Shown here in pieces: positions 17,504-29,974 of a stretch of DNA of 64,000 nucleotides (positions within the stretch are counted from its first letter, which is position 1; each line of letters begins with the position of its first letter). Made by a program: the position numbers and the translations under genes. The notes under the pieces were generated by a model, which searched no databases, was not told the origin of the DNA, and saw nothing but the letters and a program-made list of their open reading frames with translations. Source of the DNA: Jatrophihabitantaceae bacterium (GTDB taxonomy: Bacteria; Actinomycetota; Actinomycetes; Mycobacteriales; Jatrophihabitantaceae); the NCBI GenBank assembly GCA_035999365.1, contig DASYGT010000022.1:5167-69166 (forward strand). Direction: 5' to 3'.

Positions 17504-18214
17504 GTGATTGGCAGGATGTCCACCGTGCCCACCGTGCGTCTGATGACCTACAACATCCGTTCCATGCGCGATGACCGCGCCGCGCTGGCGCGGGTGATCT
17601 CGGCGGCTGCGCCCGATGTCGTATGTGTGCAGGAGGCGCCCAGGTTCCTGCGGTGGCGCTCGACGTGCGCAGCGCTCGCACGCATGAGCGGCCTGGTGGT
17701 CGTGGGTGGTGGGCGCCCGGCCGCGGCCAACCTCGTCTTGTCGACGCTGTCCGTGGACGTTGTGTCGGTCTCGCACGTTCTCTTCACGAAGGACCGCGGC
17801 CTGCATCAGCGCGGCACCGCAGTCGCGGTATTCCGCTTTCGTGGCATCACGTTTGCTGTGGCAGGAACGCACCTCGACACCCGGCCCGAACCGCGGTTGC
17901 GGCATATCGCCGAACTGGACGCCGCGATTGCCGCCCACGTTCCCGCGGGGGTTCCGGTCGTGGTGGCCGCCGACGTCAACGACCAGCCCGGTTCGCCGGC
18001 GTGGTCGGCACTCACCCGTGGGCGCACCGACGCGTTCACTGCAACCGATGGCCCGATCTTCACCTCGACGGCGCGTCGCCCGCATCAGACGATCGACGGG
18101 ATCTTCGCCGACTCGCGGGTCACCGTGCGGCAGGTGAGCGTGATCAGCAACGACGACACGGCGGCTGCCAGTGACCACCTTCCTGTGCTCGCCGAGATCG
18201 AGTTCCCTGGCTGA
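17504..18214 (+). CDS. endonuclease/exonuclease/phosphatase (EEP) family protein
   Basis: 236 aa. VRLMTYNIRSMRDD, PDVVCVQEAP and the C-terminal SDHLPVLAEIEF are classic EEP motifs. An alternative start is ATG 17516. Confidence 0.85.
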   Translation: MIGRMSTVPTVRLMTYNIRSMRDDRAALARVISAAAPDVVCVQEAPRFLRWRSTCAALARMSGLVVVGGGRPAAANLVLSTLSVDVVSVSHVLFTKDRGLHQRGTAVAVFRFRGITFAVAGTHLDTRPEPRLRHIAELDAAIAAHVPAGVPVVVAADVNDQPGSPAWSALTRGRTDAFTATDGPIFTSTARRPHQTIDGIFADSRVTVRQVSVISNDDTAAASDHLPVLAEIEFPG

Positions 18215-18248
18215 TCAGCTGGCTGATCAGCTGCTGGTCAGCTGCTGG
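18208..18248. repeat. short tandem/palindromic repeat in a convergent gene junction (possible bidirectional terminator hairpin)
   Basis: TGGCTGATCAGC x2, then TGCTGGTCAGC and TGCTGG. Contains two 10-nt palindromes (GCTGATCAGC) and CAGCTG-N6-CAGCTG. The stop codons of both flanking genes (18212-14 and 18238-40) lie inside the repeat. Confidence 0.55.
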
Positions 18249-18486
18249 CCGTGCGCACGGTGCCCACTGCGCCGAGCCACCGTTCGAGCGGCAGCGTCGC
18301 GTGTCGCGCAGTCGCGATACCGGCGTCGAGCAGGGCCTCGTACGGAATGCGTGCCAGCTCGGGGACCTGGGGCCGCGCGACGAACGCGAGCTTCTCCTCG
18401 GGCGTGAACTCAGCTGCGTCGGTGCCGGTGAGCCGGCACCACAACATGAAGACCGTGTCGGCATCTGTCGGGTCGTGGGCATTCAC
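18238..18486 (-). CDS. 82-aa hypothetical protein
   Basis: GTG 18486 is preceded by GGAGGTG with a 9-nt spacer. Third positions are strongly G/C. I recognise no motif (MNAHDPTDADTVFMLWCRLTGTDAAEFTPEEKLAFVARPQVPELARIPYEALLDAG...). Confidence 0.5.
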   Translation of the reverse strand: MNAHDPTDADTVFMLWCRLTGTDAAEFTPEEKLAFVARPQVPELARIPYEALLDAGIATARHATLPLERWLGAVGTVRTASS

Positions 18487-18600
18487 GTGCGATCACCTCC
18501 ACTCCCGAGGTTGCGGACCGCACGTGACATTCCGGACCTTCTCACGTGACGTGTTGGCCAACAGTCGTGGTCAGTTGACTGGACGAGCGCTGCAGCGGAG

Positions 18601-19359
18601 CTAGATGACTGCCCCATCGTCGTCCTCGTCGTCTGGGTGATCGCGCAAGCGCATGACCAGCATCCAGGCGCCGAGGAGCACGCCGAGGACGCCGAGCAGC
18701 ATGGTCAGATCCGTGGCCAGACCGAATGCGCCGCCGAGGCCGAGCAGAAGGATGGACGCTGCGAGCAGGGCCATCGCACCGATCGTCGGAGCCGCGAGCC
18801 TCGGCAGCGGCGGGGGAGGCGGCGGAACGTAGTGGTCGTCATCGAGCCACACCGGCTCGTCGACAGCGGGCCGAACGAGGCGCTCACGCCAATCGGCGTC
18901 CTCGCGGCGCAACTCGCGCTCGGCATCGCGCACGGCCGCGATGGTGTCGACGTGCCAATCGGCGATCAAGTCGGCGAAGGCGGCATCGGTGTCCACGCCG
19001 TCGAGCGGATCGCCGGACTGCTGCGGCGCCGCCGCGCCGGCCGCGGGTTCGACCGCGTCGCCTTCGCCGCCTGCGTCGGCCCCCGTGTCCTGACCCAGCG
19101 CGCGCGCTGCCGCTGCGACGATCGTGCGGGCGTCGGCACGCTCGGCCGAGGCCACGAACAGCCGCCGCCGCTCGCCGTCGTGGTCGGGTGCCGGGTCGAG
19201 GTAGGCCGCGATCCGGGCGCGTCCCAGCGCGCTGAGCAGCTGACTGCCGACGTCGGCCGCGACATCGGTCAGTGGAACGTAGGACGAGGCGAACAGGCCG
19301 TTGTCTATCCGACGGACACCATCGGGCCCGTCCGCGGGGGTCGTGCCGCCGCGTGTCAC
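18601..19359 (-). CDS. membrane-anchored hypothetical protein with acidic linker, poly-Pro stretch and acidic C-terminal tail
   Basis: ORF 18601..19911(-) trimmed to GTG 19359, which overlaps the upstream hydrolase stop (GTGA). 252 aa. Contains PPPPPPLPRLAAP, then hydrophobic TIGAMALLAASILLLGLGGAFGLATDLTMLLGVLGVLLGAWMLVM, then RLRDHPDDEDDDGAVI. Confidence 0.55.
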   Translation of the reverse strand: MTRGGTTPADGPDGVRRIDNGLFASSYVPLTDVAADVGSQLLSALGRARIAAYLDPAPDHDGERRRLFVASAERADARTIVAAAARALGQDTGADAGGEGDAVEPAAGAAAPQQSGDPLDGVDTDAAFADLIADWHVDTIAAVRDAERELRREDADWRERLVRPAVDEPVWLDDDHYVPPPPPPLPRLAAPTIGAMALLAASILLLGLGGAFGLATDLTMLLGVLGVLLGAWMLVMRLRDHPDDEDDDGAVI

Positions 19360-20198
19360 GGCGTGGGTGGACCCGCCGCGTCCGCGGGTGCAGGGTCGGT
19401 GGCTTCGGGTGTTGCCGTACGCAGGGACGCGATGAAGTCCACGCTCCCCTTGAAGATCAATTCTGCATCGTTGTCGAGCGTTGCGACGTGGTAGCTGTTC
19501 TCGAGCGGCACCTCGCGCACCGTGGTCGCCGTTGCACCGGCATGCAGGAGACGTGCTGACAGCGGTTCGACGACGTGATCCTCGCGGCTGCGGTACAGGA
19601 GGATCGGCGCGGTGACGCGCCCGAGATCGGTGAGCGTGACGCGCCAGAGCTTCTGCAGAGACGCAAACGCGACAACGGGGGTGCGGTCGTACGCCGGCTC
19701 GACCACACCCGGCTTCTTGATGTCCCCGCCGATCGCCGGCCGCGACTTCACTGCCCAGGAGATGAACGGCGCGAACTTGGCGTCGAAGCGTTCGGTGCCC
19801 AGCGACGGGTTCACGAGCACGAGGCCGGCAATCGCGTTGCCCTTCTGCTCGGCGAGCCGGGTGACGAGCGTGCCGCCCATAGACAGCCCGCCGGCGAACA
19901 CCGTCGAGCACCGCGCCGCGACCTCGTCATAGGCCTGCTCGATCGCCGCGTACCAATCGGTCCAGCGGGTCGCGTTGGTGTCGCGCCAGGTGCTGCCGTG
20001 GCCGGGCAGCAGGGGCAGGCGAACGGTATAGCCGGCGGCGGCCAGATACTCGGCCCATGGCCGCACGCTCGCTGGTGTGCCGGTGAAGCCGTGGCTGAGG
20101 ACGACGCCTATGTCCCCGCCATCGGCCGCGAACGGTGCGGCGTCCTGGGTGCTCACCACGTGTATCTCCTCGGCCTGCCGGTCCTCGGCCACCATCAT
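19356..20198 (-). CDS. alpha/beta hydrolase (carboxylesterase / monoacylglycerol-lipase-like)
   Basis: ORF 19356..20279(-) trimmed to ATG 20198 (GGAAGG upstream). VVLSHGFTGTPASVRPWAEYL, nucleophile elbow GGLSMGGTL, and a C-terminal His region NSYHVATLD. Confidence 0.82.
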   Translation of the reverse strand: MMVAEDRQAEEIHVVSTQDAAPFAADGGDIGVVLSHGFTGTPASVRPWAEYLAAAGYTVRLPLLPGHGSTWRDTNATRWTDWYAAIEQAYDEVAARCSTVFAGGLSMGGTLVTRLAEQKGNAIAGLVLVNPSLGTERFDAKFAPFISWAVKSRPAIGGDIKKPGVVEPAYDRTPVVAFASLQKLWRVTLTDLGRVTAPILLYRSREDHVVEPLSARLLHAGATATTVREVPLENSYHVATLDNDAELIFKGSVDFIASLRTATPEATDPAPADAAGPPTP

Positions 20199-20334
20199 GC
20201 CTTCCGAACGGCGGTTTGTCGGCTGCTGGGGGCAGCCGGCCGGGCAGGAGCTGCTTTGTCCGCCACCTTGCCCAGCCACTAGGGTCGGGGGCGACAGTCG
20301 ATCCGGACACCACGTCAGGCGGGGAGTTTTCGGC

Positions 20335-21093
20335 GTGTTCTACTGGCTCGCGAAGTTCGTCTTGCTCGGGCCCCTGCTGCGTGGCCTGTGGCGCCCGTGG
20401 GCCGAGGGGCTCGAGAACATCCCCGACGACCGCCCGGCAATCCTCGCGAGCAACCACCTCTCCTTCTGTGATTCCTTCTTCATGCCGGTGATGGTGCCGC
20501 GCAAGGTGACCTTCCTGGCCAAGGCCGAGTACTTCACCACGCCGGGCATCAAGGGGTTCCTCTCGCGAATGTTCTTCGCCGGCGTCGGCCAGGTCCCGAT
20601 CGACCGCGATGACGCCGATGCCTCGCGCGCCGCGCTGAAGACCGGCGTTCGGGTGCTGCGGGAGGGCAAGCTGCTCGGCATCTATCCCGAGGGCACTCGC
20701 TCGCCCGACGGGCGCCTGTATCGCGGCAAGACGGGCGTGGCCCGAATGGCGCTCGAATCCGGCGCTCTCGTCATCCCGTGCGCGATGGTCAATACCGCGG
20801 TGATCCAGCCCTCCGGCAGGCTCATCCCGAAGCTGCGCCCGCGGCCCGGAGTCCGGTTCGGCAAGCCACTGGACTTCTCCCGTTACGAGGGCATGTCCGG
20901 CGACCGGTTCGTCGAGCGGTCGATGACCGACGAGATCATGTACGAGCTGATGCAGCTCTCGGGCCAGGAGTACGTCGACAAGTACGCCGCCAAGGTGAAG
21001 AAGGCCGAGGGCAGGGACGAGGCGTTCGGCGCCCGCGATGCCGGCGAGGTGCGGGAACTTGCTGACCGCGTTCCCGACACGCGAGCCTCGTAG
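20335..21093 (+). CDS. plsC: 1-acyl-sn-glycerol-3-phosphate acyltransferase (PlsC family, Rv2182c-like)
   Basis: ORF 20077..21093 trimmed to GTG 20335 (GGGGAG 8 nt upstream), giving 252 aa. H-x4-D motif NHLSFCDSFF and the YPEGTRSPDG block. Confidence 0.88.
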   Translation: MFYWLAKFVLLGPLLRGLWRPWAEGLENIPDDRPAILASNHLSFCDSFFMPVMVPRKVTFLAKAEYFTTPGIKGFLSRMFFAGVGQVPIDRDDADASRAALKTGVRVLREGKLLGIYPEGTRSPDGRLYRGKTGVARMALESGALVIPCAMVNTAVIQPSGRLIPKLRPRPGVRFGKPLDFSRYEGMSGDRFVERSMTDEIMYELMQLSGQEYVDKYAAKVKKAEGRDEAFGARDAGEVRELADRVPDTRAS

Positions 21094-21096
21094 CCG

Positions 21097-21588
21097 GTGC
21101 GATTCTTCTACGACTGCGAGTTCATCGAGGACGGGCGCACGATCGATCTCGTGTCGATCGGGGTCGTAGACGAGTCCGGTCGCGAGTTCTACGCCGTCTC
21201 GACCGAGTTCGACCCGTCGCGGGCAATCGACTGGGTGCGCCGCAATGTGCTCGACAAGCTTCCCGCGCCGGGCGACCCCTCGTGGCGGAGTCTCGACCGG
21301 ATCCGCGCAGATCTGCTCGCGTTCCTTCTCGAGCCCGACGAGCCGATCGAACTCTGGGCCTGGATGTCTGCGTACGACCACGTTGCTCTCGGCCAGCTCT
21401 GGGGGGATATGCGCAAGCTGCCGCGCGCCATCCCGCGGTTCACCCACGAGCTTCGTCAGCGGTGGGAGGACGCCGGTTCGCCGCACCTTCCGCCGGCGCC
21501 GTCGGATCAGCACGATGCACTCGCCGATGCGCGACACAACCTCGCCCGGTGGCGCGCCATGCAGGACGTGACGGGTACGCCCCGGTAG
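21097..21588 (+). CDS. DEDD-type 3'-5' exoribonuclease (Rv2179c-like)
   Basis: 163 aa. MRFFYDCEFIEDGRTIDLVSIGVVDESGREFYAV (DxE), WAWMSAYDHVAL and HDALADARHN fit the small actinobacterial DEDDh RNase family. Confidence 0.82.
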   Translation: MRFFYDCEFIEDGRTIDLVSIGVVDESGREFYAVSTEFDPSRAIDWVRRNVLDKLPAPGDPSWRSLDRIRADLLAFLLEPDEPIELWAWMSAYDHVALGQLWGDMRKLPRAIPRFTHELRQRWEDAGSPHLPPAPSDQHDALADARHNLARWRAMQDVTGTPR

Positions 21589-21605
21589 CCCGTTAGGGTC
21601 TGACC

Positions 21606-25937
<4,332 letters not shown>

Positions 25938-25967
25938 GCGGTAGCTACTGCGCGTGTCGGGCGGCGG

Positions 25968-26999
25968 CTAGCCGGCGAGGTGGGCCGCGGACGTGCGGCC
26001 GAGTAGGGGCGGGATCGTGGTGACAGCCGCGGCCAGCTCGTCGAGCAGGTCGCCGTAGAGGGCCTGCGCGCCGTCGCACAACGCAGTCTCCGGGCTCGGG
26101 TGGACGTCGACCATCACGCCATCGGCCCCGGCGGCCATGCCCGCCCGCGCGAGCGGCACGACGAGATCGCGGCGCCCGGCCGCATGCGACGGATCGACAA
26201 TCACGGGTAGGTGCGAGAGTCGCTGCACCATCGCGATCGCGGAGATGTCCAGCATGTTGCGTATGGCGGGCTCGAAGGATCGGACTCCGCGCTCGCACAG
26301 GACGATGTCGAGATTGCCGCGCTGGGCGATGTACTCGGCCGCCATCAGCCACTCTTCGTAGGTCGCGGTAAGCCCGCGCTTGAGCATGACGGGTTTTCCT
26401 GCGCCGCCGACAGCTTGCAGCAAACCGAAGTTCTGCATGTTCCGGGTGCCGATCTGCAGCATGTCCGCATACTCGGCGACGGTGTCGACGTCGTTGGCAT
26501 CGGTCACCTCGGTCACGACGGGCAACTGCACCACGTCGCGAACCTCGGCGAGGATGCGCAGACCGTCGACCCCCAGCCCTTGGAACGCGTAGGGCGACGT
26601 CCTCGGCTTGTATGCCCCGCCGCGCAGCAGTGTCGCGCCGGCGTGCTTGGCCATCTGCGCCGACTGCAGCGTCTGCTCCGGTGTCTCGACGGCACACGGT
26701 CCGGCGATGAAGGTGAAGGTGTCGGGTCCGATCGGTACGCCGCCGACGCGGACAGTCGTGCGCTTCGTGTGGTTCTGAGCCGACACCAGCTTGTACGGCG
26801 CGGTGATCCGCATGGTCTCGACGACTCCGGGCAGCCCGTCAACCCCGAGGGTCTCGAGGACGTCCTCCGTTCCGACGACGCCGATGATCGTGCGCATGAC
26901 ACCTCGGCTGACGAAGGCCTGGCCGCCATGTGCCTCGATGTGGGTGACGATGCCGGCGATGTCGGGCTCGGCGGCCCCCGGTGCCATGACGATGACCAT
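25968..26999 (-). CDS. aroF: class I-beta DAHP synthase with N-terminal ferredoxin-like/ACT-like regulatory domain
   Basis: 343 aa. The N-terminal ~70 aa are a small alpha/beta domain (MVIVMAPGAAEPDIAGIVTHIEAHGGQAFVS...). The catalytic core has FIAGPCAVE, LRGGAYKPRTSPYAFQGLG and VIVDPSHAAGRRD. Confidence 0.9.
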   Translation of the reverse strand: MVIVMAPGAAEPDIAGIVTHIEAHGGQAFVSRGVMRTIIGVVGTEDVLETLGVDGLPGVVETMRITAPYKLVSAQNHTKRTTVRVGGVPIGPDTFTFIAGPCAVETPEQTLQSAQMAKHAGATLLRGGAYKPRTSPYAFQGLGVDGLRILAEVRDVVQLPVVTEVTDANDVDTVAEYADMLQIGTRNMQNFGLLQAVGGAGKPVMLKRGLTATYEEWLMAAEYIAQRGNLDIVLCERGVRSFEPAIRNMLDISAIAMVQRLSHLPVIVDPSHAAGRRDLVVPLARAGMAAGADGVMVDVHPSPETALCDGAQALYGDLLDELAAAVTTIPPLLGRTSAAHLAG

Positions 27000-27038
27000 G
27001 CCGCGAGCCTAGCGAGCGCCTGTGCTGCATCGGCGCGG

Positions 27039-27905
27039 TCAGGGCGAGGCAGAGGCAGGACTGTCGCGCAGGAGCTTGAGCCGGGCGATGTCCGCGGCCT
27101 GAGCCGCATCGGTCGTCTCGATCACGAACGGCACCCCTTGCAAAGACGGCGTTCGAAACAGCGCTGTGAACGGTGCGAGACCGATGGTCCCTTCACCGAT
27201 CGAGGCGTGCCGATCGCGCTTCGAACCGACCGGGTCGCGGCTGTCGTTGACGTGGACCAGGCCGATCCGCGATGTCCCGGCCGCAACGGCATACGCGCGG
27301 ATCGCGGCACTGAAGCGTGCAGCTGTCGACAGGTCGTGACCCGCCGCGTGCAGATGACACGTGTCGAGGCACACCCCGATGCGCTCGTCGCGGCCCAGGC
27401 CATCGAGGTATGCGCCCAGCGACTCGGCATCCGAAGCCAGTGCACCACCCCCTCCCGCCGTCGGCTCGATGAGCAGGGGCGGCGGGTCAGGCACCGCATC
27501 GAGCACCCGCGACAACTGCTCGCGTACCTGGCTCATTGCACGGTTACGGTCGTTTCCGAGCACGGCCGAGCCCGCGTGCATGACTACCCCCCGAGCGCTG
27601 ATCGCGGCGCCGCGACGCAGCGAGAAGGCGAGTGCCTCTGCCGAGCGGGTCAGTGTTTCGGCCGAGGGAGAGCCGAAATTGATCAGGTACGGGGCGTGGA
27701 CGAAGACGGGCATGCCGTTGTCGGTGCACGCGGATCCGAAGAGCCGGTCGATGTCCGGATCGTGCGCCGGAGCCGCCCACGCGCGCGAGTTCGCGACGAA
27801 GATCTGCACGACCTCGGCGCCCACATCCTGCGCCCGGGGGAGGCAGCGCGGCAGGCCGCCGGCGACCGATATGTGGGCGCCGACGAGATTCGTCCGCGCT
27901 GTCAA
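27039..27905 (-). CDS. nfo: deoxyribonuclease IV (endonuclease IV, AP endonuclease)
   Basis: 288 aa. LVGAHISVAGG, VVMHAGS, GVCLDTCHLHAAGHDL, VHVNDS. The TTG start overlaps the kinase stop (TTGA at 27902-27905). Confidence 0.9.
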   Translation of the reverse strand: MTARTNLVGAHISVAGGLPRCLPRAQDVGAEVVQIFVANSRAWAAPAHDPDIDRLFGSACTDNGMPVFVHAPYLINFGSPSAETLTRSAEALAFSLRRGAAISARGVVMHAGSAVLGNDRNRAMSQVREQLSRVLDAVPDPPPLLIEPTAGGGGALASDAESLGAYLDGLGRDERIGVCLDTCHLHAAGHDLSTAARFSAAIRAYAVAAGTSRIGLVHVNDSRDPVGSKRDRHASIGEGTIGLAPFTALFRTPSLQGVPFVIETTDAAQAADIARLKLLRDSPASASP

Positions 27906-29899
27906 ATGGTGTAGATGACGACCGTCGAACCCGCTTGCACCTTGGTGCCACCGGGCGGGTTGATCGTCAGCACCGTCGTGCCACCGCCACCCGGGAAGCT
28001 GCGGACGGTGAAGTTGAGGTCGGCCTGCCGCAGGGTTGACTCTGCGTCCGCCAGCGGCGTGCCACCGGGAATGTCCGGCACTGAAACGATCTGCGGCCCC
28101 TTGGACACGGTGAGGGTGATGGTGGAGCCCTTCGGTGCAGATCCGGACGGGTTGAGCGAGATCACGTCACCCGACGGAACGGACGTGCTGAACGCCGTCG
28201 TGCGCGTGGTCTTGAAGTGCAGCGCCTGCAGTGCCTGCTCCTCCGTCGCGGCGGGAGTGTTCTGGGGCAGTGCCGGGATCGTGATGATCGGCGGCCCGGT
28301 CGAGATGATGATGGTCACGACCTGGCCGCGCTTGACGAGCTCGCCGACGGCGGGATCGGTGCCGGCGACACGGCCCTTGCCGACTGAGTCGCTCGGTGCA
28401 GAGATGACCTGGTCGCCCACCTGAATGGGAATCGTGGCGAGAATCGCGCGCGCCTGTGCCTCGGTCTTGTTCGCGACGGACGGGATGCTGAAGCGCTCCT
28501 TGCCCTTCGACAGGACCAGCGTGATCGTTCGGCCGTGCGGGAGTCGCGAGCCGATACCTGGATCGGTGCTGATCACGCTGCCGGACTCGACCGTTTCGCT
28601 GAACTGGCTGCGCACCGCCGAGGACACCTGGTAGCCGGCATCACGCAGGCCTGCAATCGCCGTGGCCTGCGGTTCGCCGGCGACGTTGGGCACGCGACCG
28701 TAGCGTCCGGCGGCGAACCACCATCCGCCGTAGCCGGCGGTGAGGCCGAGCACGGCGACAATGAGCAGTACGAGTAGCGCACGGCGCCGGCGTCGCGTCT
28801 TGGCCGAGGGTGGCTTGCGGCGTTTCGGCGGTGGCGTGACGACCGGCGGCGGTGGTCCGGCCGAACCACGCGGGGGGCCGTCGTGGGGCACGACCGAGGT
28901 GTCATGCGTCCCGGACGGGGTACGGCCCAGCAGGTCGGTCGTCGCCGTGCCCGCCGATGCGTGGACGGAGTCGCCGGCAGGGCGATCCGCGGTGCGTGGG
29001 CGCGGCGGGACTGCGACCACGGGCAGCGCGAGATCTGAGCGCACGTCGGCAAGCTGCGCGAGGAAGACCCCGGCGTCGTCTGGGCGAGCGCTCGGGTCGC
29101 TGTCGGTGGCGTCGATGACCAGCTCGTCGATCTCGGACGGTATGCCCTTCACCCGCGACGACGGAGCGGGCACCCGGCTGTGCACATGCTGGTAGGCCAC
29201 GTTCATGGCGGATTCACCCTGGAACGGCGGGGTTCCGGTGAGCAGTTCGAACAGGACGATGCCCGCTGCGTACACGTCCGAGCGTTGGTCGGCACGTCCC
29301 TTGCTGATCTGTTCCGGCGAGCAGTACGCCACCGTGCCCATCATGAGCCCGGTCCGGGTGGCCGACGGGTCGGATTCGACCGCGCGTGCCAATCCGAAGT
29401 CGGCGACCTTCACGATGCCTTCGTCGGACAGCAAGATGTTCTCTGGCTTCACGTCCCGATGGACGATGCCCGCCCGGTGCGCGGCCGAGAGCGCGCTCAG
29501 CACCGGTTCCATGATCGATATAGCTTCGGCGGGTGTCAGCCGGCCCCGTTCACGGATCAGGTCGCGCAGCGTCCGGCCGCTCACCAGCTCCATGACGAGG
29601 AACACGTGCTGCTGTCCGGAGTTGTCGTCGTCGACGCCCTGGTCGTACACCGAGACGGTGTTCAGATGCGCGAGGCGAGCCGCCGCGCGGGCCTCGCGGG
29701 TGAAGCGATCCTTGAACGCGGGGTCGGCGGAGAGCGCCGCCGACATGACCTTGACGGCGACGACGCGGTCGAGCCGCTCGTCGACGGCGGAGTAGACCGT
29801 GGACATCCCACCGCGCGCGATGCGGTCCAGGATCCGATATCTGCCTTCGAGCGTGCGGCCGACCAGCGGATCTACGGTGGCCGTGCGCACCCGGGTCAT
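27902..29899 (-). CDS. pknL: transmembrane Ser/Thr protein kinase with four extracellular PASTA repeats (PknL genomic position, PknB-like architecture)
   Basis: ORF 27902..30583(-) trimmed to ATG 29899 (MTRVRTATVDPLVGRTLEGRYRILDRIARGGMSTVY), giving 665 aa. Kinase motifs: VAVKVM, HRDVKPENILL, DFGLAR, GTVAYCSPEQ. One TM (LLVLLIVAVLGLTAGYGGWWF). Four repeats begin VPNVAG, IPSVAN, IPALPQ and VPDIPG. Confidence 0.92.
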   Translation of the reverse strand: MTRVRTATVDPLVGRTLEGRYRILDRIARGGMSTVYSAVDERLDRVVAVKVMSAALSADPAFKDRFTREARAAARLAHLNTVSVYDQGVDDDNSGQQHVFLVMELVSGRTLRDLIRERGRLTPAEAISIMEPVLSALSAAHRAGIVHRDVKPENILLSDEGIVKVADFGLARAVESDPSATRTGLMMGTVAYCSPEQISKGRADQRSDVYAAGIVLFELLTGTPPFQGESAMNVAYQHVHSRVPAPSSRVKGIPSEIDELVIDATDSDPSARPDDAGVFLAQLADVRSDLALPVVAVPPRPRTADRPAGDSVHASAGTATTDLLGRTPSGTHDTSVVPHDGPPRGSAGPPPPVVTPPPKRRKPPSAKTRRRRRALLVLLIVAVLGLTAGYGGWWFAAGRYGRVPNVAGEPQATAIAGLRDAGYQVSSAVRSQFSETVESGSVISTDPGIGSRLPHGRTITLVLSKGKERFSIPSVANKTEAQARAILATIPIQVGDQVISAPSDSVGKGRVAGTDPAVGELVKRGQVVTIIISTGPPIITIPALPQNTPAATEEQALQALHFKTTRTTAFSTSVPSGDVISLNPSGSAPKGSTITLTVSKGPQIVSVPDIPGGTPLADAESTLRQADLNFTVRSFPGGGGTTVLTINPPGGTKVQAGSTVVIYTI

Positions 29900-29974
29900 T
29901 CTACGGACGAATCGTCGGACGCCCCGCCGCCGCTCCGCGCGAAATGGCGGTCTCTCAGCCCCTACGCTGACCCT

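Noticed and set aside
20204-20219. CCGAACggcgGTTTGT, an SOS-box-like sequence between the hydrolase and plsC
   Set aside because: It matches the LexA consensus at only 9/12 positions, with mismatches in the conserved GTTC half. That is indistinguishable from chance.
26211-27914. 567-aa plus-strand ORF
   Set aside because: It is antisense to the class I-beta DAHP synthase and endonuclease IV, and Arg/Gly/Asp-rich.
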